A stretch of DNA of 64,000 bases, from assembly GCA_043228905.1 (NCBI GenBank), contig JBHGNT010000018.1, positions 8,742,001 to 8,806,000 of the forward strand. Direction: 5' to 3'. The position numbers were made by a program, and so were the translations under genes. Positions within the stretch are counted from its first letter, which is position 1, and the number at the start of each line of letters is the position of its first letter. Source of the stretch: Azolla caroliniana. Its lineage: Eukaryota > Plantae > Polypodiophyta. The notes under the pieces are model-generated. The model was not told the DNA's origin, did no database searches, and was given only the letters and a program-made list of their open reading frames with translations. This document shows, piece by piece, positions 25,616-35,753 of the stretch.

Positions 25616-28203
25616 TGTTACGGGCAAGACCATATAATATCCCGTGGTGAGAATTTACCGTAGTATTCTATACACGTGGATAAGTGTGAGGGTTAAACGA
25701 GAGTGTAAGGAAGCGGAGGATTACTTTTAATCCTTGGGATTGAGACAACCCATTAGGTCAAGTGTGAACTTGCCTGGGGGCCTTGGGTATCGCTATAAAT
25801 AAGAGGCCTAGATACCCTCATTTGAAGATCTTTTTGACTACATCGAGACTCTTCTCTTGTGGTGGGTCAACTCTTGTAGCGAGTGCGCCAACACCAAGTA
25901 CGACTCGACGCCACGACGGTGGTATGGGACGCCGATCGAGGCTCGAGTCCGTCTCGATCCCTTCTCTCGGGGGTGGTCGGGTGGATCGACACCCTTCTTT
26001 CTCTTTCTCCTTTCTATCTATCATTAGTTTATCCTTATCTTAAGCTTACTTTAGTACCTAGATCTCTAATATTTGGTATCAAAGCTATGTACTAATGTTT
26101 CTTTGTTTGTCTTTTGTCTTTTGATTGATGGTGATCGATCGATGTGCGGTCGGCCTTGATCCAAACAACGATCAACAAAGAACTTCGGTAACTCTTTCCG
26201 TAATTTTTTTTCTTTCTATTCTCTCTTCTCCCATCTAATCATGTGTTTAGTTTATATGTCATTTTTTTTTTCATTAAGTCAATGATGTTGTAGTGGTCTT
26301 TAATTGATTATCTAAAACGTTTACATATGTGCACGAGGTCAATACCTCGTTTGACATATAAATAATATGTGATGAGTGTCGTATGCGTACGAGGTTAATA
26401 CCTCAATTACGTATTACGTTCACGAAAATATGTTACGTTTGCGTATGAGTTTAATACCTTGATTTGTTGTAAACGATATGCGTTTGGTCTCGTATGCGTA
26501 AGAGGTCAATACCTCAATTGCGTATTACGATGATCTCTTATTTGTGGATGTTTCGTGTGCGTAGAGGTATATACCTCGATTACGTATCTCGCTCACATCA
26601 TTTGTGGCTATTTAATATAACGATATGTTTAATATAGGCATATGTGGTCACATATATACGTATTTGATCGTATATATGTGATAAGTAAACATATGTGTAT
26701 ATTCGATTCGTTATTACGTGATTATATTGAAAGTTGTCATTGTCGGGAAAAGGATGTTGGTGGCCGTCCTCACATTGTTGTGAGAATGGCGTTGTCACCA
26801 TCCCTTTTTCAACAATTTTTTATTGTTGACAACCCCGTTGATGACCTCGATTTCGTTACGTAAAGAAATGCCTATAGCCATAATGATGTTGAGTACGTAG
26901 GGCTTGACCCACTTCAAGTGAGGTCGCTCCAATGACACACGTATCCAACATCCCTCCCTCGTTACATGGATACGAAGCCACCATGAGCTCGTTCTTACGA
27001 GAGGCATTCGTAATGACGTGACCATATGATGGGCCACATGGGCCTACTACGAAACGAGGGCTCATTTGGCTTGACCATTAGGTTGCACTTTGGCGTATGC
27101 CATCGTAATTACGAGACTTGAGGTTAGGTAACGTACCAACATAGTTGTAGTAAATGAGGGTGAAATAAGGACTCTTGACATATATGTTCTTTTAAAAAAA
27201 ACATATATGATCAAATGCCTCGCATATCTCTTATATGCATCAAACATTAAGCATTCGAGAAGAGCAACTTACTTGGTTGGCTCAAGTGTTTAATGTATTT
27301 GTTCTCGAGGTCTCGAGTTCAAATATGACCAAGACCATACAACATCCTTGATACATATGACTATAACACATGTTTAGACTTAAGGTCTAAGTGCACCTCG
27401 GGGTTCTCGTAATAGGACTTAAAGAGCTGAAACCACATATGCGGGCAAAGAAACATAGTTTATTGTTAACATTTTTTTCGTCTATAAACTACTCATGACG
27501 CGAACATACATGGTTGAGCCTCGGGGAGCCGCCATGAAAAAATCGATATAGAGATCAGGGAAAGACATTAAATTGTCACCCCTATGGTTTTTAAAACACC
27601 TTTTGTTACCATAGTAACCTGATCTTGAACCTCATCTCATACGTCTAGAGGGGTATTAACGTGAGATCATGATATCGATTAATGTTTGCCCATGATATGT
27701 TTACATCATGACATGATGTTATGACTATCTCTTTGACCTTATCCTATTTCTTTTCCAGAAATAATCTTGAATGGCTCAAATTAACGACCCAATGTCATCC
27801 GCTCAAGCGGAAGGAACTCAAGGGAATCCTCCTGGACAAATGTCCACTGAGATGTATTTGGCACAAATAACCCAATACCTTAGTTTCACCGCTCAACAGA
27901 TGACCGAACTTCGGCAATCTCAGAGTGCTCTTGAGGCACGTGTCATTAGTCTACAACGTGAGACTAATAGACCAGATGAGCGACAAGGTGAACCATCATT
28001 TGTCGTTAAGCCATTTACGGGAGACAAAAAAGGAAAGAACCGAAGAAGCAATCTGCACATGGCTGGGACGATGGGAGTCTCATTTTGAGCTCTATCCCAC
28101 GCCAGATAGTACGAAGATTGCATATGTCGGCCGAGAACTCAGGGGTAAGGCCGCCGCCTGGTGGCGTGGGCTCCGTACTATGGGGAAATTGCATGATACC
28201 TGG
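25616..28203 (+). mobile_element. Nested 3'-truncated LTR element: 5' LTR 25616-26071, iMet PBS 26074-26085, long leader, partial gag 27771-28203
   Basis: TGTTAC start, TATAAAT in the LTR, TGGTATCAAAGC, gag-like LRGKAAAWW. The host gypsy protease resumes after ~28203. Confidence 0.75.
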
Positions 28204-28389
28204 ACAGATGGTGAGCATGCACATGACTTGCGTATGTGAGTGATACACCCGTTGTTGGTCGCCGAAGAGGATTTTAATGGGCGGTGCGTGGCTCGTGGGA
28301 AGTTGTAATTGGGTGACTAAATCTGCGTTGATGGAAGAGATGCTGCTGCCGGAGTCGAGTAGAACTTCTTAGGTCGTGTGTTGGAGGCG

Positions 28390-28570
28390 GGCGATTGTGG
28401 TACAAACGGGCAAAGTTGATGACGTGGGGGCATGGACATGCGGGGTCGGCTCGATCGTGGTATAAACGGGAGAAGTTGATGACGTGGAGGCGTGGACGTG
28501 CGGGGGCGGCTCGATCGTGGGAGAAATGAGAGAAGTTGATGACGTGGAGGCGTGGACGTGCGGGGGCGGC
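28390..28570 (-). repeat. 3 x 60-bp tandem repeat between gypsy gag and protease
   Basis: Encodes PPPHVHASTSSTS..TIE three times. Confidence 0.85.
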
Positions 28571-29076
28571 TCTCCCTGCGGCACCCCGCGCATTAGTTTT
28601 TCGGGAGCTCAGAGAGGGAGGCAGCGTCGGCTAATTTGACGTTCTGCTTCTGTTGGTGATTTTGCCACTTTCGGTAGTGACACCCAATGTGCCCATAGTT
28701 GTTGCAGTAGAAACATTTGGGGCGTCCTTGGCTATCTCGTTCGGGCAATGCACGCTTGGCGCGTAATTGCGCGTTTTGGACGTCGATGTCCATGGGAGTG
28801 GCGGCTGGCATAGTGTTGGGCGAACTCGAGGGTCCGGGAGATTCTATTGTGGCTCGAATCGTGCTGAAAGAAATGACAACATGGCTTGGTTAGTATGGTT
28901 AACTTGTAAAATAATGTTGGACAAGGCTTGAACCAGTTGGTCGATTGGTGATGTGGGCTGATGGTCTTGAATTTGTTGTTGGAGGAATTCCGGATTCATT
29001 GAGTTTGCGTTGCCGCCGTTGTTGTTGTGTTGCATCGTGGCGTGTGTTGTTGGGGTCGTGAGTTGGGGTTGCTTTG

Positions 29077-29092
29077 CCCGTCTTCTCCACCA
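29077..29092 (-). promoter_or_regulatory. Primer-binding site complementary to tRNA-Ala 3' end
   Basis: TGGTGGAGAAGACGGG begins 3 nt inside the 5' LTR; complementary to ...CCCG-CTTCTCCACCA. Confidence 0.8.
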
Positions 29093-29626
29093 AGATGTGA
29101 AATGCTCTCAAGAATAGCCTCCATTCCATTATGTTCTAAGTTACATTTTATAGACTACTCTTAGCGTGGAGGGTGTTCTCCCGCACCAATTAGCTCTTCT
29201 AATTATGGGGCTTGGTAGGGGCCTAATTTGGGTGTGGTCCATGTGACCGCCACAATATCGGAAGCATCACAATTAAAATGGGATCAATGCCCATTTCATC
29301 ATTCCTATTCGGACAAACGTATCAAGAAAAACTATAAATAAACAATTAACTTCTAAACTTCACATGGAAATTCGATTCACAAATATCTTAACAATGCTGC
29401 ACAAAGTAGAATATTGGTTGATTCTCAAAGCTAAAACGCATGCTTGGCATACCAGAACTATGTAGTTGATGGCATTATCCCAACCGTATTAATTTAAAGT
29501 GACCTCACATGAGTACTTCTAAGATTTGAAAACAACTATTAGTACAACCTATTACCTAGATTTATATATAGGCATAATCTCTGACATGTCATTCCACTCT
29601 TTTTAAAACTTGAAGGAAAAAGTTAT

Positions 29627-29699
29627 GGGGATGTAGCTCAAATGGTAGAGCACTCGCTTAGCATGCGAGAGGTATAGGGATTGATACCCCGCATCTCCA
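29627..29699 (+). pseudogene. tRNA-Ala(AGC) copy, T-arm mutated
   Basis: ...CTCGCTTAGCATGCGAGAGGTATAGGGATTGATACCCCGCATCTCCA followed by TTTT. Confidence 0.8.
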
Positions 29700-30267
29700 T
29701 TTTCCTCTGATGACGAATTGATAGCCTATCTCAAACTATATCAATTCCATTGGTATAAATCCAATTGACATATTCTACAAATGAGCGGAGAGAAAGCATA
29801 GATTGTGGATGTCACACTTAGAAAGCCAAAGGTATATGTTAGGACGTATAGGATGCAAGCGTTAGGGATCGATACATGACACAATCATTTTGTATCGGTT
29901 CAAATGATTCAATTAAATCATTAACAGGAGAAAATAACTTCATAATCTGAATATCAAATTCAATTCACAAAGAAGAGGCCTCATAGTCTAATGATCAATG
30001 ATAGAAATATTTGTGAGAATTGTTGAAAATCCTTTCATGAAATCATTTAATGGCCATTAGAAAGATATTGAACAATGCGTGCTTGGCCTGCGTGAAATAC
30101 GAGGTTGATACCCAATTTCTAAATTTTGTGTCATTACAAATGAACTACTTAGAATTTGAGCTTAGGAAATTAACTCTAGAATTTAAAAGGAAAGACTGTT
30201 ATAACGTGCGAATTATATTCAAATTTTAATCGTATTTAGATTGAATGAGAAGAATTTTATAGATGAT

Positions 30268-30340
30268 GGGGATGTGGCTCACTTGCTAGAGTGCTTGCTT
30301 TGCATGCGAGAGGTATGGGGGTCGATATCCCGTTGCTCCA
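30268..30340 (+). pseudogene. tRNA-Ala(UGC)-like copy
   Basis: 73 nt with multiple substitutions. Confidence 0.78.
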
Positions 30341-30793
30341 TTTTGTATCATCACGAATTAGTAAATAGAAAGATCATCTCTAAGTCTCTTAGTTTCAAGA
30401 ATGTCCTTCTGGTTCGCATAAGGACAATCTCGGAAGGGTCGTAATTAAAATGGGATCGATGCCCATGTAGTCATTCTTATTCTAACAAACATATCAAGGA
30501 AAACTAGAAATAAAGCTATTAACATCTAAACTTCACATGGAAATTTGATTCAGAAATATAATAACAATCTTGCACAAAAACGAATATTGGTCGATTCTCA
30601 AAGCTAAAATGCATACTTCGCGTGTACGCAGTTGATGGCAATATCGCAATCGTATTAATTTAAAAGTGACCTCACGGGATTACTTTTAAGATTTGAAAAC
30701 AACTATTAGTACAACCTATTACCTAGATTTATAAATAAGCATTATCTGTTACATGTCATTCCACACTTTTTAAAACATGGAGGCAAAAGTTTT

Positions 30794-30866
30794 GGGGATG
30801 TAGCTCAAATGGTAGAGCGCTCGCTTAGCATGCGAGAGGTATGGGGATCAGTACCTTGCATGTCCA
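30794..30866 (+). pseudogene. tRNA-Ala(AGC) copy
   Basis: 5' half matches the array consensus; T-loop and acceptor (CATGTCCA) mutated. Confidence 0.8.
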
Positions 30867-31417
30867 TTTTCCTCTCATGACAAATTTAAGCATTGATAGC
30901 CACTCTCAAACTACCTCAGTTCCATTAGTATAAATACAATCGAGAGTTTCTGCAAATGAGCGGAGAGAAAGCATAAATTGTGGATGTCACACTTAGCAAG
31001 CTAGAGGTATATGTTATGACGTATCGGATGCAAGCGGTAGGGATCGATACATGACACAATCATTTTGTATTGGTTCAAATGTATCAATGAAATCATTTAT
31101 AGGAGGAAATAACTTCATAATCTGAATATCAAATTCAATTCACAAAGAAGAAACCTCATAGTCTAATGATCAACGATAGAAATATTTGCGAGAAATGTTC
31201 AAAATCTTTTCATTAAATCAAATGGCCATTTGATAGATGTTGAACAATACTGGCTTGGTGTGCCCAATTTCTACTTTTGCGTCATTACAAATGTACGACT
31301 TAGAATTTGAGCTCAATAAATTAAATCAAGAATTTAAAAGGAAAGAATATTATAACACGTCAATAATATTCAAATTTTACTTGTATTTGCATTAAATGCG
31401 AAGATTCTAAATATGAA

Positions 31418-31490
31418 GGGGATGTAGCTCATATGGTAGGGCGCTCGATTTTCATGCGAGAGGCACATGGATCGTTACGCCGCTTCTCCA
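31418..31490 (+). pseudogene. tRNA-Ala UGC-slot copy (anticodon mutated to TTC)
   Basis: 73 nt with mismatched stems. Confidence 0.75.
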
Positions 31491-31939
31491 TTTTGTATCG
31501 TTACGAATTACTAAATTGACAGATCATCTCTATGTCTCTTAGTTTCAAGAATGTCATTCTGGTTCACATGAGGACGAGCTGGGAAGGGTCACAACTAAAA
31601 TGGGATTGATGCCCATGTCATCATTCCTATTCGTACAAACGTATAATGGAAAACTAGAAATAAACCATTAACTTCTAAACTTTACATCGAAATTCGATTC
31701 ACAAATATCATAACAATGCTGCACAAAATAGAACATTGGTCGATTTTGAAAGCTAAAATGCATGATTGGTGTACTGGAAGTACGGAGTTGATGGCATTAT
31801 CACACTCGTATTAATTTAAAAGAGACCTCATGGGATTGCTTTTAAGATTTGAAAACAACTATTCGTATGGCCTATTACCTAGATGCATTATTTGTTACAT
31901 GTCATTCCACACTTTTTAAAACATGGAGGCAAAACTTTT

Positions 31940-32012
31940 GGGGATGTAGCTCAAATGGTAGAGCGCTCGCTTAGCATGCGAGAGGTATGGGGATCAATAC
32001 CTTGCATGTCCA
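31940..32012 (+). pseudogene. tRNA-Ala(AGC) copy, near-twin of 30794
   Basis: Shares the CCTTGCATGTCCA variant. Confidence 0.8.
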
Positions 32013-32582
32013 TTTTCCTCTCATGACAAATTTAAGCATTGATAGCCACTCTCAAACTACCTCAGTTCCATTAGTATAAATACAATCGAGAGTTTCTGCA
32101 AATGAGTGGAGAGAAAGCATAAATTGTGGATGTCACACTTAGCAAGCTGGAGGTATATGTTATGACGCATAGGATGCAAGCGGTAGGGATCGATACACGA
32201 TGCAATCATTTTTTATTGGTTCAAATGTATCAATGAAATCATTTATAGGAGGAAATAACTTCATAATCTGAATATCAAATTCAATTCACAAAGAAGAAGC
32301 GTCATAGTCTAATGATCAATGATAGAAATATTTGTGAAAAAGTTGAAAATCATTTCATTAAATCAAATGGCCATTGGAAAGATATTGAACAATACTGGCT
32401 TGGTGTGCTTGAAATACGAGGTTGATACCGAATTTCTACTTTTGTGTCATTACAAATGTACGACTTAGAATTTGAGTTCAATCAATTAAATCAAGAATTT
32501 AAAAGGAAAGAATATTATAACGTGCCAATAATATTCAAATTTTACTCGTATTTGGATTAATTGCGAAGATTCTAAATATGAT

Positions 32583-32655
32583 GGGGATATAGCAAACATG
32601 GTAGATAGCTCGCTTTGCATGCGAAAGGTACGGGGATCGATACCTAGCTTTTCCA
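32583..32655 (+). pseudogene. tRNA-Ala(UGC)-like copy
   Basis: 73 nt; shares diagnostic changes with 17365. Confidence 0.78.
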
Positions 32656-33119
32656 TTTTGTATCATTACGAATTATTAAATTGAAAGATCATCTCTAAGT
32701 TTATCAGTTTCAAGAATGTCATTCTGGTTCGCATGAGGACGATATCGGAAGCATCACAATTAAAATGGGATCGATGCCCATGTCATGATTCCTATTCGGA
32801 CAAACGTATCAAGAGAAACTAGAAATAAACAATTAACTTCTAAACTTCACATGGAAATTCGATTCACAAATATCATAACAATGGTGTAGAAAGTAGAATA
32901 TTGGTTGATTCTCAAAGTTAAAACGCATGCTTGGCCTACCGGAACTACTTTGTTGATGCTATTACCACAACCGTATTAATTTAAAATTGACATCACAGGA
33001 TTACTTTTAAGATTTGAAAACAACTATTAGTACGACCTGTTACCTAGATTTATAAATAAGCATTATCTGTTACATGTCATTCCACACTTTTTGAAACATT
33101 ACTTGGAAGCAAGAGTTTT

Positions 33120-33192
33120 GGGGATGTAGCTCAAATGGTAGAGCGCTCTCTTAACATGCAAGAGGTATGGGGATCGATACCTTGCATCTCCA
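33120..33192 (+). pseudogene. tRNA-Ala AGC-slot copy (anticodon mutated to AAC)
   Basis: Acceptor stem intact; anticodon stem mismatched. Confidence 0.78.
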
Positions 33193-33765
33193 TTTTCCTC
33201 TGATGACAAATTTGAGAATTGATAGCCCATCTCAAACTATCTGAGTTCCATTGGTATAAATCCAATCGACATATTCTACAAATGAGGGGAGAGAAATTAT
33301 AAATTGTGGATGTCACAGTTAGAAAGCCACAGATATATGTTAGGACGTATAGGATGCAAGCGTTAGGGATCGATACACGCCACAATCATTTTGTATTGGT
33401 TCAAATGATTCAATTAAATCATTAACAGGAGAATATAACTTCATAATCTTAATATCAAATTCAATTCACAAAGAAGAAGCCTCGTAGTCTAATGATGAAC
33501 GATAGAAATATTTGTGAGAATTGTTGAAAATCCTTTCATGAAATCAAATGGCCATTAGAAAGATATTGAACAATGAATGCTTGGCCTGCGTGAAATACGA
33601 GGTTGATACCCAATTTCTAAATTTTGTGTCATTACAAATGAACTACTTAGAATTTGAGCTTAGGAAATTAACTCTAGAATTTAAAAGGAAAGATTGTTTT
33701 AACGTGCGAATTATATTTAAATTTTAATCGTATTTGGACTGAATGAGAAGATTTCTATAGATGAT

Positions 33766-33837
33766 GGGGATGTGCTCACATGTTAGAACACTTGCTTTGC
33801 ACACGAGATGTACGGGGATCGATACCCCGCTTTTCCA
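33766..33837 (+). pseudogene. tRNA-Ala(UGC)-like copy
   Basis: 72 nt, with a deletion in the A box. Confidence 0.75.
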
Positions 33838-34216
33838 TTTTGTATCATCACGAATTAGTAAATAGAAAGATCATCTCTAAGTCTCTTAGTTTCAAGAATG
33901 TCATTCTGGTTCGCATAAGGACGATCTCGGAAAGGTCGCAATTAAAATGGGATCGATGCCCATGTCGTCATTCCTATTCTAACAAACGTATCAAGAAAAA
34001 CTAGAAATAAAGCAATTAACATCTAAACTTCACATGGAAATTCGATTCAGAAATATAATAACAATGTTGCATAGAAACGAAGATTGGTCGATTTTCAAAG
34101 CTAAAATGCATGGTTCACATACCGGAAGTACGGAGTTGATGACAATATCGCAACCGTATTAATTTAAAAGTGACCTCACAGGATTACTTTTAAGATTTGA
34201 AAACAACTACTAGTAC

Positions 34217-34283
34217 GTAGCTCACATGGTAGAGCGCTCGCTTTGCATGCGAGAGGTACAAGGATCATGACACCGCTTCTCCA
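34217..34283 (+). pseudogene. tRNA-Ala(UGC)-like copy, 5'-truncated by a deletion
   Basis: GTAGCTCACATGGTAGAGCGCTCGCTTTGCATGCGAG...CTTCTCCA. Confidence 0.78.
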
Positions 34284-34508
34284 TTTTGTATCTTACGAAT
34301 TACTAAATTGAAAGATCTTATCTATGTCTTCTCCATGTCTCTTAGTTGATACCCAATTTCTCCATTTTGTGTCATTAGAAATGTAGTAATTAGAATTTGG
34401 GCTTAAGAAATTAACTCTAGAATTTAAAAGGAAAGACGATTGTAACGTGCCTATTATATTCAAATCTGACTCGTATTTGGATTGAATGCAAAGAATTCGA
34501 AAGATGAT

Positions 34509-34581
34509 GGGGATGTAGCTCACATGGTAGAGTGCTCGATTTGCATTGGAAAGGTACGGGGAAGGATACCACGCTTCTCCA
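34509..34581 (+). pseudogene. tRNA-Ala(UGC)-like copy
   Basis: 73 nt; anticodon stem and T-loop mutated. Confidence 0.75.
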
Positions 34582-35097
34582 TTTTGTATTATTACGAATT
34601 ACTAAATTGAGACATCATCTCTATTTCTCTTAGTTTCAAGAATGGCATAAATTGAAAATCATCTCTATGTCTCTTAGTTTCAAGAATGTTATTCTGGTTC
34701 GCATGAGGACGATCTCGGAAGGGTCACAATTAAAATGGGATCGATGCCCATGTAATCATTCCTATTCGTACAAACATATCAAGGAAAACTAGAAATAAAC
34801 AATTAAGTTCTAAACTTTAGATAAACTTCACATCGAAATTCGATTCACAAATATCATAACAATGCTGCACAAAATAGAACATTGGTCGATTCTCAAAGCT
34901 AAAATGCATGATTGGCATACCGAAAGTAAGAAGTTGATGGCATTATCACAACCGGATTAATTTAAAAGTGACCTCACGGGATTACTTTTAAGATTTGAAA
35001 ACAACTATTAGAACGACTTATTACGTAGATTTATAAATAAGCAAATTATCCGTTACATGTCATTCCACACTTTTTAGAACATGGAGGCAACAATTTT

Positions 35098-35170
35098 GGG
35101 GATGTAGCTCAAATGGTAGAGTGTTCGATTGGCATGCGAGAGGTATGGGTATCGATACCCCGCACCTCCA
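35098..35170 (+). pseudogene. tRNA-Ala AGC-slot copy (reads GGC)
   Basis: 73 nt with several mismatches. Confidence 0.75.
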
Positions 35171-35753
35171 TTTTCATATCATGACAAAGTTAAGCATTGA
35201 TATCTTATCTTAAACTATCTCAAATCCAATCGACCTATTCTACAAATGATCGGAGAGAAAGCATAGATTGTGGTTGTCACACTGAAAAAGCCAGAGATAT
35301 ATGTTAGGACGTATAGGATGCAAGCGTTAGGGATCGATACACGACACAATCATTTTGTATCGGTTCAAATAATTCAATCAAATCATTAATAGGAGAAAAT
35401 AACGTCATAATTTGAATATCAAATTCAATTCACAAAGAAGAAGCCTCATAGTCTAATGATCAACAATTGAAATATTTGTGAGAATTGTTGAAAATCCTTT
35501 CATGAAATCAAATGGCCATTTGAAAGATATTAAGCAATGCGTGCTTGGCGTGCGTGAAATACAAGGTATATACCAAATTTCTAAATTTTGTGTCATTACA
35601 AATGAACTAGTTAGAATTTGAGCTTTGTAAATTAACTCTAGAATTTAAAAGGATAGAATATTATAACGTGCCAATAATATTCAAATTTTACTCATATGCA
35701 GATTAAATGCAAAGATTCTAAATATGATGGGATGTAGCTCACATGGTAGAGCG

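Larger units (their letters stand above)
17528..29254 (-). mobile_element. Ty3/gypsy element with short LTRs (17528-17727, 29096-29254), 4-bp TSD ATAT and tRNA-Ala PBS; hosts two nested insertions
   Basis: Matching TGTGAAATGCTCTC...GCCACA LTRs; PPT AAGGGGGAAC; gag zinc knuckle CFYCNNYGH; protease LLDSGS; RT 24958-25596; RNase H TDAS; integrase 23523-24124 continuing at 17840-17750. Confidence 0.9.
29255..35753 (+). repeat. tRNA-Ala higher-order tandem array, block 2 (~5.5 units, internal deletions near 34216-34345)
   Basis: AGC-slot copies at 29627, 30794, 31940, 33120, 35098; UGC-slot copies at 30268, 31418, 32583, 33766, 34217, 34509, 35729. Confidence 0.95.

Noticed and set aside
31418-35170. 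Recoding tRNAs with TTC, AAC or GGC anticodons on an Ala body
   Set aside because: Single-copy changes accompanied by broken anticodon stems; best explained as pseudogene decay.
29255-35753. CRISPR-like array
   Set aside because: The spacers are themselves repeated, the repeats are tRNA-derived, the context is eukaryotic and there are no cas genes.
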